NCBI GenBank assembly: GCA_036337435.1
Contig: JAYZEG010000031.1
Location: 1-38,660, forward strand
Source of the DNA: Myxococcota bacterium
GTDB taxonomy: Bacteria > Myxococcota_A > Bradymonadia > UBA7976 > UBA1532
DNA length: 38,660 bases
Direction of reading: 5' to 3'
Shown here: positions 8,345 to 17,905 of the stretch, piece by piece
Layout of the letters: the number at the start of each line of letters is the position of its first letter
How positions within the stretch are numbered: the first letter of the stretch is position 1
The notes under the pieces: generated by a model
What the model was told of the DNA's origin: nothing
What the model saw: the letters and a program-made list of their open reading frames with translations, nothing else
Database searches by the model: none
Position numbers and translations under genes: made by a program

Positions 8345-10192
8345 TCAGTCGGCTGTTTTTTCGATGATGAAGCGTACCCGTCGATTGCTCGCACGACCCT
8401 TTTTGTTCTTATTGGTTGATTTCGGGCTCGTTTTACCGACGCCCTCAGCCGACAATCGCGCGTTTATTTGGCTTGATTTCTTTGATTTTCGAACTAAGTA
8501 ATCTCGAATTGCTTGAGCTCTTGCCTGGGACAGATAGCGGTTAAAGTCTTCTCCGCCGAGATTATCGGTGTGCCCTTCAATTCGTACGTAAAGACCAGGA
8601 TTCCTCTCGATAATTCGAAGCACCGCACGCAATACTTTTCGGCTTTTGCGTGTCGGGATGACTTGCCCGTGATCGAAATGGATTTCCTCTGTGATGCGGA
8701 TCTCTCCTTTGGATTTAATGGCCAGAACTTTATCTGGACACCCGTCCTCGTCCTTCACGTTGTTATAGTTCTCCGGCTGGTCGGGACAGATGTCATCTAC
8801 ATCCAGGATTTTGTCCTGGTCATTGTCTGGATCCGGGCAGCCATCCTCATCTTCAAAGTCGTCTCTATCCTCGGGCTCAGTCGGGCATTTGTCTTTATCA
8901 TCTAACACCCCATCATTATCCTGGTCAGGCTCAGGACAGCCATCGCCGTCATCGAGTTGGTTTATGTTTTCGGCCTCATCTGGGCACTTATCATCGGCGT
9001 CACCGATGCCATCCTGGTCGTTGTCTAAATCAGGGCAGCCGTCCTCGTCTTCAAAGCCGTCTTTGTCTTCAGCGTCGATGGGGCATTTATCATCAACGTC
9101 GAGAATTTCATCGTTATCATTGTCAGGGTCCGGGCAGCCATCATCGTCCTTGTAGCCGTCCTGATCTTCGGGCTCGGACGGGCAGGTATCCGCCGGATCC
9201 TTGATGCCGTCTCTGTCGGTGTCTGGAGCCTCACAGCGAGGGTCGTGTAAATACGAATTCGGGCGACTGCAATCCGGGGGGTGATTGCCAAACGGGTGGA
9301 GGTACTTAATCTCAAAAATCCCTTGGAAAGCTGGTAAAGACGCACTCTCGGTTAGCCCCGCCGTGGTTGCCAATCCCAACCTAAGTGAGCGGGTTACGTC
9401 ATAGTAGAACCCACCCACCCACTCTGAGGACACGGCACTTGATGTTCCGAAGGATGGATATTGGAGATAATTTGATAGGCCTGTCGCCAAAGTCAGGCCA
9501 TGAACTACGGCTGGTGAGTATTCGGCAACAAACCCCGCAAGGAGTCTATCGGCTTGCTCGATTCCAAGGATATCTATGTCCTTACGGAACTCGTAGCCCA
9601 GGCGAAAGGTGACCTTACTGGGCCCTGTTGAACGGGTAATGAGTAGACTTGGGCTGAATACTGCACCGGCTTCACGAAGCCAAGCGTCGTCGGTTGCTGT
9701 TGGCAAGATAACCGGCAGTTCGATAGCAACGTCCATGTTTTGTGCCGACCAAACTCTCGTTTTAGTCGTGACACGCAGGTCGCCCAGCCCAGAGGTCTGG
9801 AGTCCATCGAGGCCTCGGCCAGGCAGATTGCCTGACTGATGCAAGAGGGCCACCGTTTGAAGGCTCAGTTGCGTACGCCCAAATAGGCCAACAGCGGTCC
9901 CTACGAGAAGCATCTGCTGGTGCTCGACCAGGCTCCGCATCCAGCGCCCATCGTTATCGATAACACCCAGTGGTCGATAGGCACTTTGCAGCTGCGATTC
10001 TAGATGTAAGTCCAGATGTCGCAGGAGGCTTGCACGACCGATATTGAGTGCGCTGGTTCCCGGATCCGGGTAGTAAATTCGTGTACTGATAGGTGTGTTA
10101 CGCGCATCTGGATGTTCTGCGCTGTGGCACAAGCCCCCATAGAGTAGGCTGCTGCGTAAGAGAACAAAGAGTGAGGCGGCTCGGTTCATCAT
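8345..10192 (-). CDS. TraB-like OmpA-family outer-membrane protein (N-terminal beta-barrel, TSP3-like repeats, OmpA C-terminal peptidoglycan-binding domain)
   Basis: ATG at 10192 overlaps the upstream TGA (ATGA). The barrel-like N-terminus contains GLGDLRV. Five D.D.DG..D..D.CP / ED.DG..D.DGCP units follow, then the OmpA signature IEGHTD...N..LSQARA...NRRV. Confidence 0.85.
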   Translation of the reverse strand: MMNRAASLFVLLRSSLLYGGLCHSAEHPDARNTPISTRIYYPDPGTSALNIGRASLLRHLDLHLESQLQSAYRPLGVIDNDGRWMRSLVEHQQMLLVGTAVGLFGRTQLSLQTVALLHQSGNLPGRGLDGLQTSGLGDLRVTTKTRVWSAQNMDVAIELPVILPTATDDAWLREAGAVFSPSLLITRSTGPSKVTFRLGYEFRKDIDILGIEQADRLLAGFVAEYSPAVVHGLTLATGLSNYLQYPSFGTSSAVSSEWVGGFYYDVTRSLRLGLATTAGLTESASLPAFQGIFEIKYLHPFGNHPPDCSRPNSYLHDPRCEAPDTDRDGIKDPADTCPSEPEDQDGYKDDDGCPDPDNDNDEILDVDDKCPIDAEDKDGFEDEDGCPDLDNDQDGIGDADDKCPDEAENINQLDDGDGCPEPDQDNDGVLDDKDKCPTEPEDRDDFEDEDGCPDPDNDQDKILDVDDICPDQPENYNNVKDEDGCPDKVLAIKSKGEIRITEEIHFDHGQVIPTRKSRKVLRAVLRIIERNPGLYVRIEGHTDNLGGEDFNRYLSQARAQAIRDYLVRKSKKSSQINARLSAEGVGKTSPKSTNKNKKGRASNRRVRFIIEKTAD

Positions 10193-12978
10193 CGCTGACG
10201 AATCCAGACTGCCAGTCGTTGCGGCCGTATACAGACAATCAGCATGAAGACCCATAAACCGAGGGGAGACGACGTTTCGATTGAGGTGCAGCCAGCCGTC
10301 CCCCCGCCGAGGCGACCGTTTTCCTCGAACCAGCCATAGCCGTCATCACTTGGATCAAGCCTGTCGGTTTCGTGTAGATTGGTTTCTGTTTCGTCGCTCA
10401 CTCCGCCGTTGTCCGAATCGAGGTCCCGAAAATCGGCAATGCCGTCAGAATCACTGTCGATGGGGGGCGTGGTCAGGTCATCGTCACCGGCTTCGAAGCG
10501 GTCGGGGATCGAGTCATTGTCGGAATCCAGGTCCAAAGCATCAATGAGTCCATCTTGGTCAGAATCTAGGGGGTCATCAGGGTTGCTGCCAAACTCATCC
10601 CCATCGGAAATTGTGTCGCCATCGGAGTCCGCAAGGCTTGGGTCTGTCCCGTTGTCAGCTTCGTCCTCATCGCTCACTCCATCTCCATCGGAATCGCCAC
10701 TAAAATCGTCTGAGGGGTCAAGCGGGTCGGTGTTGTTGATAAGAACCTCGGTGCCGTCGTCGATCCCACCCCTGTCTGTATCCGCCTGACTTGGGTCAGT
10801 CTCACCGCGATCTGGCTCAAAGCGTCCATTGAAATTGCGATCCTCCTCCCCATCGTTCAGGAGGTCACCATCGGTGTCCGCTACGAGCGGATCTGACTCG
10901 GTCAGATCAACACGACCGTTACGATTGCGGTCTTCGGCGCCGTCTGGAATGCCGTCGTTGTCGGTATCTGCTTTTCTCGGGTCTGTGATGCTATTCGGGT
11001 CTAAGTCACGGACCGAACCGAGCTCAAGTCCATCGGATAGGCCGTCGGAGTCGGTATCATCGTTAAGAGGATTGGTGCCGGCTACATTGAGTTCGGCGCC
11101 ATCACTCAGTCCGTCTCCATCGGTGTCGGCATCGAGAACATCGGTTTCACCCGTGTCGGTGAGCCCATTGCCGTTGCGGTCTTCCTCACCATCGAGAAGC
11201 CCATCGGCATCGGTGTCTCTGGACAGTGGGTTTGCCTCACGGTCGGGATCCCATTCGCCGTCAGCATCAACATCTTCTTGACCATCCAGAAGGCCATCAC
11301 CGTCGGTGTCTGGATTTGTCGGGGACGTTGACCCGGCTCCATAAGCACCTCGAACCTCCGTGCCGTCAGTTAATCCGTCTTCATCTGTATCGGGATCACA
11401 CGGATTGGTCGCTTCCGCTACGACTCGATCTCCGTCGACCTCAAAGAGTTGATACTCAAAGAGACTGGATAATCCATCACCATCTGGGTCTGCGCCTCCG
11501 TCAGATGCGTCAAGTGGGTCGAGGCGCCCATCAATGCCCGCTGCACAATTTTCATCGAGCGAATAGCGGACTTCCCAGCCATCATCCATTCCATCGTTAT
11601 CGGTGTCGTAAATATTGGGGTCCGTCTCGGAGTTTTGCCGCAGGCCATCGCCATTACCGTCTTCCTGTCCATCTCTCAGTCCATCGCCATCCGAGTCCTG
11701 AAGCAGGGGGTCTGTTTGGGTCGTCGGGTCTGCGTCTGCGACAAATACCCCGGGCCGTGTGTTGGATTGACCTGCCTGATTGAGTTGCGGTTCGGTGAGG
11801 CCCAGTTCGAGACCATCGCTTAAGCCGTCGGTGTCTGTATCCCGATCGGCAGGATTTGTGCCACCAATGGATTGATCTCGGCGGCGGACCCCACGCTCAT
11901 TACCATCGAGCAGCCCATCGTCATCGGTGTCAGCGTCGTTGGGATCGGTCAAATATCGGTTGTTTAGAGCAAAGAACTCCTCGGCATCCGATAGTCCATC
12001 GGAATCGGTGTCGGGACGGTCCGGATCCGTTTGTGTCACCTCTCGCTCAAATCGGTCGCTGAGCTGGTCGCCATCGGTGTCTTGACTGGCCTCATTCGCT
12101 TCGCTGGGATTGGTTCCGTCAGCAAGTTCAACGAAATCGAGTATGCCGTCCAGGTCGGTGTCGGCAGAGCAGGGGTTGAGTAAAGGATCGTCCAACTCCT
12201 GTCCGTCCGGTAACCCGTCAAAATCAGAATCGGGTTCGAACGGATCAAGACAGTTGACGAGCAGGTCGTCCGAACGCCGACTGGCGTGCTCTAACCCATC
12301 TGGTACGCCATCTCCATCCGTGTCGTCATTGAACGGATCTGTGCCGTAGAACTGTTCCCATCCGTCATGAAGCCCATCGTTGTCTGCGTCCGCAACACGG
12401 GGGTCTGTCTCTTCACCCTCTGATGGCTCAAAACGAGAATCATCGTCTATGTCGCCTGCGGATACTCCATCGCCGTTTGAATCCTCAACACTGTCGTCCA
12501 GCCAATCATCGTCGGAGTCCCGTTTATAGGGGTTGGTTCCGAGTAGCCGTTCTTGTCCATCCAGCAGTCCGTCGCCGTCCGAATCAATTTGATCATCGAC
12601 GCGATTGCGAGGATTAGTCCGATCGACCAAGACTTCTCGACCATCAAGAACTCCACCGCCATCTGAATCGCTGACCAAAGGAAAAGTGCTGTGGATCCGG
12701 ATTTCTGCGAAGTCTGATAGGCCGTCGGAGTCGGTGTCGGGGTTTGTCGGGTCCGTATCGTACTCAAATTCTTGTCGGTCCGTCAGAAAGTCGCCGTCCG
12801 TGTCGACTTTGAGAGGGTTAGAGCCGAATTCAAGTTCCTGGGCATCGGTCAGGCCGTCCTGATCGGAATCTTGGGCGTGCGCAATGCTGCCAGGAAGAAA
12901 CCAGAGAAAAGCAAGGATGAACGGAAGCCACGCAGGATTTGACCGTGGGCGTAAATATGGACTGGGCTTAAATCTCAA
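10189..12978 (-). CDS. Secreted Ca-binding repeat protein (bacterial TSP3-type DTDGDGL.DG.E...TDP repeats) with MYXO-CTERM-like tail
   Basis: TTG start with GAGGA RBS. Signal peptide ends in AHA. Essentially the whole mature chain is DxDxDG repeats. It ends with GGTAGCTS, hydrophobic LGLWVFMLIVCI and an Arg-rich tail. Confidence 0.85.
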   Translation of the reverse strand: MRFKPSPYLRPRSNPAWLPFILAFLWFLPGSIAHAQDSDQDGLTDAQELEFGSNPLKVDTDGDFLTDRQEFEYDTDPTNPDTDSDGLSDFAEIRIHSTFPLVSDSDGGGVLDGREVLVDRTNPRNRVDDQIDSDGDGLLDGQERLLGTNPYKRDSDDDWLDDSVEDSNGDGVSAGDIDDDSRFEPSEGEETDPRVADADNDGLHDGWEQFYGTDPFNDDTDGDGVPDGLEHASRRSDDLLVNCLDPFEPDSDFDGLPDGQELDDPLLNPCSADTDLDGILDFVELADGTNPSEANEASQDTDGDQLSDRFEREVTQTDPDRPDTDSDGLSDAEEFFALNNRYLTDPNDADTDDDGLLDGNERGVRRRDQSIGGTNPADRDTDTDGLSDGLELGLTEPQLNQAGQSNTRPGVFVADADPTTQTDPLLQDSDGDGLRDGQEDGNGDGLRQNSETDPNIYDTDNDGMDDGWEVRYSLDENCAAGIDGRLDPLDASDGGADPDGDGLSSLFEYQLFEVDGDRVVAEATNPCDPDTDEDGLTDGTEVRGAYGAGSTSPTNPDTDGDGLLDGQEDVDADGEWDPDREANPLSRDTDADGLLDGEEDRNGNGLTDTGETDVLDADTDGDGLSDGAELNVAGTNPLNDDTDSDGLSDGLELGSVRDLDPNSITDPRKADTDNDGIPDGAEDRNRNGRVDLTESDPLVADTDGDLLNDGEEDRNFNGRFEPDRGETDPSQADTDRGGIDDGTEVLINNTDPLDPSDDFSGDSDGDGVSDEDEADNGTDPSLADSDGDTISDGDEFGSNPDDPLDSDQDGLIDALDLDSDNDSIPDRFEAGDDDLTTPPIDSDSDGIADFRDLDSDNGGVSDETETNLHETDRLDPSDDGYGWFEENGRLGGGTAGCTSIETSSPLGLWVFMLIVCIRPQRLAVWIRQR

Positions 12979-13004
12979 GACCGTTTCCTCTGGGCGTACA
13001 CAGA

Positions 13005-13030
13005 AATAATGACGCGATCGCGTGATTATT
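13005..13030. promoter_or_regulatory. 26-bp near-perfect palindrome (operator or terminator hairpin)
   Basis: AATAATGACGCGATCGCGTGATTATT has 12 of 13 symmetric pairs complementary. It lies 26 bp upstream of the 12978 start and 48 bp after the 13079 stop. Confidence 0.55.
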
Positions 13031-13078
13031 CAAACCGCCTTACCAGGAACAGGCAAGAAATCCAATGGCCCTTGTGTG

Positions 13079-15652
13079 TTAAGGTGATGTCAGTTCATCC
13101 AAGTCGTATGTGCCGACCTCGATTAGACCATCTTCGGCGATGCCTCGGCTGTAGAGCCGAATGTCCGCGAAAGCGGGCTCTTCAAAGTCAAGGGACATAA
13201 GCCATTCTCTGTGCTCGGGTTCGATGAGGGACACGAGAGTATAGGTAATGAGGTGATGGCTCTCGAAACTGCGAGGGTTAGCGAGGCCGAGGGTCACCAA
13301 ACGGATGAGAGCCTGCACCAGGTTCAGCTGTCGGCCGCGATCCACCAACTTCTCGACCATATTCGCACTCAGAATTGCTTTTTGCTCCGCGATGCTGAGC
13401 AAGGTTGGGTCGGCACCATCTTCCTCGGAGCCTGCTCCTTGGGTGATGACAAAGGCGCCGTCGCCAATACTGCGTCCGGCCACATTGATCCGACTTGAAT
13501 CGTCAAGGTCGATGTACCGTTTGCGGGCATCGATGTAGATGTTTACCATGTCATTGATGAGTTCCCGTTTTCCGTCCAGCCAGCCGAGGGCACGCTCGAA
13601 TTTTGTGTCATATTCTCGAGACCGTTTAGACACGATCATCGTGAGCATTTCCTCCAAGCGTTGGCGGAATGCATCGGGCGATGTATTTCGAAACAATTGA
13701 TTCAGGCCCTGCTGGGACACCCGATAGTCAGAGAGGATTGACGTTCGGCCGGTCACGTCAGCCAAGGCAACGGGGAGTTCCTTAACTGATGATAAGTGAA
13801 GTTTGAGTTCGAGCAGTTGCCGGGCCATCGCTTGTCGATCATCGTACAGCGAGCTGTATCCTTGATTGTCTAGCTGCCCGATAGCATTGTTCGTCATGGA
13901 CTGGAGACGGCCGCGCCATTCGGTTACTTCAGCATCAGAAATGAGCTCGTCAATGCAGCGCTCGTAGCGTCTTTTGCAGGCAAAGTCTCCTCGGTCGTCA
14001 CATCTAGCGCAATGTTCATCAACCTCGTGTTGCAGTTCCTCGAAGGCGCGCGTGAGTTCAGTGTAGGCAGACTCGAAATCAATGACGGACAGCAGTGCTG
14101 TATCCACATGGTCGAGCACTTGGTCTCGATCCGTAAACGAATCACTCTCGCTCACGGCGAGCCTGACGTTGGATGTCGCCCCTTCGTAGACACCATCGCG
14201 CCACGTTTGATTGGTCAAGATCATTCGCTTGAAGCCCCAATCCGTAAAAAAGCGGCCCGAGCGTGTTTCTAATTCACTAAACAAGAGTTCATCCACGGTG
14301 CCATTTTGGTGTACCACCACCTTGCCGTCTCGTTGATTGGAGTTAGAGAAAAAACGCATGCTGGATAAATGGGCACCGAGATGCTTAAACTTCTCGGTGA
14401 TTTGTCTTTCAAAGCTGACCATTTCCTTAACACCTGAGTTGCGGCGGTCGGCGAGCGATTGAATCAAGCGGAGGTCCCCACCGGCGACCTGTTTGATGGC
14501 TTGGTCAAGCTCACGGGAGCTCTGATTGAGGTCAATGCTAAATCGTTGAATGCTTTGGCGTTGTTGCGAATTGCGAGTGACGCTTGAAATGCCGTAGCTC
14601 AGGAGGCCTGAGCGCGAGAGTCGTCGTTCGACGAGCTGCTCGGCGATCTGTCCGAGTGAGTATGTGCGACTGCCGACAGACACCTCGAGAAGGGGAGGGA
14701 TGCCTTCTAGCCCATAGCCGCTTTCAAAAGACACTTTGTGTTGGCGGTCGTAGGCATTGGTCAGACCAACGTCGATGATCAGATTCGAACCGTCGCCTCG
14801 AATGTACTGAATGTCGATCAGCCCTGACGTCCGTACTCTACCACCGAGATCAAAGCGCGCCGTCAGCACCATATAATCGACTGGGTTGAAGGAGAAGATC
14901 GGAAGGTTTGCTCCGATGTTGAAGCCCAAGACCCCGGTGCCCGTTAAATTGACACTTTCTCCAGGCAACAGATTACGCAGGTCATCGATGTCTCGGGGCA
15001 AGACAAACCCGCGCAATTCCCGTGCAGCTTGAAGTGGGTTTGTTAAAACGGCCTGATAGTTGGAGTCGTGTGCAAAGACCGTCTTGGCGACCAAGTCGAT
15101 GGACGGGTCGAAACCCAATTGAACATCGAAATCGTCTGCGGCGGTCTTGAACGCTCCGGAGGCGTCTGCACGTACGCTGAACTCGCTCTCGGCGTACAGT
15201 GAATGATTCGAACTGGTAAGAAATCGTCGCCTCGTCTCGTTTAATTGGGCGACCAGACTTTGGTCGCCGTATTGCGCTGTGAGTCCATCGGCGATGTCAT
15301 CGATGCTGCCGATGGTCGACCCGTCAGCCAGCCCGGCATTCAACCCGAACAGTGCGGTCTCCGAGACACGAATGTCGGCGAAAGGAACACGGCTTAGGAG
15401 ACTGTTCACTTCGTCCGTTGCCATCACCGCGACCCGGTCCGTGAGGTCTGCCAAGTTCATCTTGATGGTGTTTTTGAAATAATCTGCGACTTGGAATTGG
15501 AGGCCGTCCGCTTTCCCTGTATCGCCTGGGAGTGAAGCTCCGGCATTCGGCTGGTTTGTCTGCGGTGCCTGAATTTGCTCATCGGAGCACGCTGGCAATA
15601 GAGCGAGTGATAGTACCAAATAGCCTAAAATGCGCTTTCTCTGGATCGTCAT
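13079..15652 (-). CDS. Hypothetical lipoprotein with N-terminal GKAD motif
   Basis: Long ORF. ATG 15652 is preceded by GGGGGA (the ORF track starts at 15667). Basic-hydrophobic signal with lipobox LPA-C, then GKADG after a flexible linker. No catalytic motif recognised. Confidence 0.75.
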   Translation of the reverse strand: MTIQRKRILGYLVLSLALLPACSDEQIQAPQTNQPNAGASLPGDTGKADGLQFQVADYFKNTIKMNLADLTDRVAVMATDEVNSLLSRVPFADIRVSETALFGLNAGLADGSTIGSIDDIADGLTAQYGDQSLVAQLNETRRRFLTSSNHSLYAESEFSVRADASGAFKTAADDFDVQLGFDPSIDLVAKTVFAHDSNYQAVLTNPLQAARELRGFVLPRDIDDLRNLLPGESVNLTGTGVLGFNIGANLPIFSFNPVDYMVLTARFDLGGRVRTSGLIDIQYIRGDGSNLIIDVGLTNAYDRQHKVSFESGYGLEGIPPLLEVSVGSRTYSLGQIAEQLVERRLSRSGLLSYGISSVTRNSQQRQSIQRFSIDLNQSSRELDQAIKQVAGGDLRLIQSLADRRNSGVKEMVSFERQITEKFKHLGAHLSSMRFFSNSNQRDGKVVVHQNGTVDELLFSELETRSGRFFTDWGFKRMILTNQTWRDGVYEGATSNVRLAVSESDSFTDRDQVLDHVDTALLSVIDFESAYTELTRAFEELQHEVDEHCARCDDRGDFACKRRYERCIDELISDAEVTEWRGRLQSMTNNAIGQLDNQGYSSLYDDRQAMARQLLELKLHLSSVKELPVALADVTGRTSILSDYRVSQQGLNQLFRNTSPDAFRQRLEEMLTMIVSKRSREYDTKFERALGWLDGKRELINDMVNIYIDARKRYIDLDDSSRINVAGRSIGDGAFVITQGAGSEEDGADPTLLSIAEQKAILSANMVEKLVDRGRQLNLVQALIRLVTLGLANPRSFESHHLITYTLVSLIEPEHREWLMSLDFEEPAFADIRLYSRGIAEDGLIEVGTYDLDELTSP

Positions 15653-15949
15653 CCTGGAATCCCCCATTTACATCCTACTTTGAGGCAGCCTCGCGTCAAA
15701 GCATTGAGTCTATCGTATTGCGAAGACTGGTTTCGCTTGTGCGTACGTCCGTCCAAACCGCACACACCCTACTCGATACTCATACATTATGCAATGTTCA
15801 TACCCGATCAGTGGTACCTTTGCTTACGCTCAATTTCTTTTGTGCCTGTGCCATTCGTGATGGGCTGTAGACCCCAGTACATCCAACAGCTGGGGCGTTC
15901 CGTCCTCGGTGATTTTTGTGAGCATCTGTTCTATCGTCCGTGTTTCCCT

Positions 15950-17893
15950 TTACGAGGCTGCCTGCTCAGGTCGTTCATCTGTGTCATTTTGATCGAGCTT
16001 TGCCAGCAGCCGTTCCCCCGTCGTCGTTATGACGTCATGGAGAAACCTGCATCTGGGTTCGGCGCGTTCCAAGTAAGCCTGTAATAAGGGTAGCCTTTCG
16101 GGATGGCTCTGGGCTTGTCTGTGCAACAATTCGCAGATGGCTTCATCCGTGAGAATTTGAATTAATCTTTCAGCATGGAGCATCGCGTACGAGAAGTCTT
16201 TTTTGGGATCCCAATTTTTTAGGAATTGCGCTGGCCAATCGGCGAGTGGTTGGTCTTTGATGGACGCAAACTTACCTTTCGCAATTTTAGTGACCAGAAA
16301 CTGCTGTGTCGCCAACGATAAACTTTGGAGCTTAGCAACGCGTCGGCCAAGCGGATCTGTACTCGAGACGGCCCGCCACTGTAACTGTGCCCGTCTTTTG
16401 ATGAAGCGTTGCGGATTCTTGATGATGCCGCCGAGGGTGTCCTTCATCGCCATTAGAGCTTGGATTTGACTGGTCCCTTCGTAGATGGGCATGACCACGG
16501 CGTCTCTCAGCAATTGTTCGGCTGGATACTCTTTCGTATAGCCGACTCCACCGAGTATCTGGACTGCAATCCGAGCATGTTTGACGGCGTTCTCCGCTGC
16601 GATGTACTTGAGGAGTGGTGTGTAGCGCCGACCTAAATACTTGCGCCGGCTGAGAGCTTTAACGTGCTTTTGTGCATCCGGGTGATCGGCATACAAACTC
16701 GCCATGAGGCCCGAATCCACAAGTTGTTCGGTCCGTGCGGCTAATTCCTCTTGAACCGCGGCTTCCATGGCCAGTGCCCGTACCCCTCTGATCTCGACAT
16801 CCATTTCCTCGAGATAGTCTGCGATCATTTCATGTCGATCGATGGTTTTACCCATTGAGGGCCGCTCAGCCGCGTAGTCTTTAGCGACCCTGTAAGCCGC
16901 TTCTGAAAGGCCGATGCATTCAAAGCCAACGCCTACTCGCGCATTGTTCATGAGGGTCAACATGTATTTAAAGCCCTCACCACGATGGCCGATGAGAAAT
17001 GCGGGAGAACGATCAAAGGTCACGGCACATGTTGGCGAGCCATGGTGCCCCATTTTCTCTTCGATGCGGTCTACTTTGACATGTCGTGTGCGAACGCCAT
17101 CGGCGTCTTCAGTATAGCCCGGTACGAGGAAAAAGGAGAGACCCTTTAAACCTGCCATCGGGTCGTCTGGGTTCGAGGTAGCTTCTGTGCGGGCGATGAC
17201 GAAGTGGTATTTCCCATGGCCTGATGTGATGAAAATCTTTTGGCCTGTGACAAACCAGTTGCCGGCAGGGTCTTGTTCGCCGAAGCAACGGAGTTTCGCC
17301 ATGTCGCTGCCTGCATCCGGCTCTGTAATGTCCATTGAGCCCCACTCTTGACCGAGTCGGATCTCTTCGATGGCCTCTGCGAAGCGCGTGTCAACAATGT
17401 CGCCACTACTCTGGTTGAAGGTGGTGGTGCCCTCGCGGATAGAAAATAGCAAAAGGGCCATGGCGATGCCGCCGTGAAAACTGAAGTGGGTTGTCACCGA
17501 GGTGTCGGCCCTGGTGAAAAGTTCGGTCTGAATCATATAAAGCATCATCGGGCAATTCTGCCCTTTTAACTCACGGGGTAAGTTCATCCCATAGAGTTCG
17601 AGTTGCTTCAGTTGGTCAAATATGGACTCCAAACGGGATGGGAAACTGGGTTCGCCATCGTTAAAATGGACGCCGTTGCGGTCGATCTCACTCGAATATG
17701 GCGCGATTTCATCGGCCACAAATTCACCAACGAGATCGAGGATGTCCGTATAGAACTGGACCGCATCCGTTTCGGTCTTGAGTGCATCTCGTGCGTCACC
17801 AAAGCGTTCTGTGACCTCGAACAGCGAGGACCAATCGATCCACTTGTCGACATAGAAGCGAAGGTCTGTGTTGTCTCGATAGAAATTAGCCAC
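15950..17893 (-). CDS. Acyl-CoA dehydrogenase family protein
   Basis: GTG start with AAAGGAGG RBS. Motifs MDITEPDAGSD, GQKIFITSG, IEEKMGHHGSPTC, LMNNAR, QILGGVGY..EY..EQ..RDA...IYEGTSQIQ (the last includes the catalytic Glu position). Confidence 0.95.
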   Translation of the reverse strand: MANFYRDNTDLRFYVDKWIDWSSLFEVTERFGDARDALKTETDAVQFYTDILDLVGEFVADEIAPYSSEIDRNGVHFNDGEPSFPSRLESIFDQLKQLELYGMNLPRELKGQNCPMMLYMIQTELFTRADTSVTTHFSFHGGIAMALLLFSIREGTTTFNQSSGDIVDTRFAEAIEEIRLGQEWGSMDITEPDAGSDMAKLRCFGEQDPAGNWFVTGQKIFITSGHGKYHFVIARTEATSNPDDPMAGLKGLSFFLVPGYTEDADGVRTRHVKVDRIEEKMGHHGSPTCAVTFDRSPAFLIGHRGEGFKYMLTLMNNARVGVGFECIGLSEAAYRVAKDYAAERPSMGKTIDRHEMIADYLEEMDVEIRGVRALAMEAAVQEELAARTEQLVDSGLMASLYADHPDAQKHVKALSRRKYLGRRYTPLLKYIAAENAVKHARIAVQILGGVGYTKEYPAEQLLRDAVVMPIYEGTSQIQALMAMKDTLGGIIKNPQRFIKRRAQLQWRAVSSTDPLGRRVAKLQSLSLATQQFLVTKIAKGKFASIKDQPLADWPAQFLKNWDPKKDFSYAMLHAERLIQILTDEAICELLHRQAQSHPERLPLLQAYLERAEPRCRFLHDVITTTGERLLAKLDQNDTDERPEQAAS

Positions 17894-17905
17894 GGGCCCC
17901 CTCCT

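Noticed and set aside
920..12862. Many Ser/Pro-rich or His/Arg-rich ORFs overlapping the large genes (also at 35093-38332)
   Set aside because: They are antisense or alternate-frame shadows of Asp/Gly/Cys-rich repeat genes, with no independent motifs.
10189..12978. Calling this gene traA
   Set aside because: It lacks the PA14-like variable domain and Cys-rich repeats of TraA; only the tag and gene order match.
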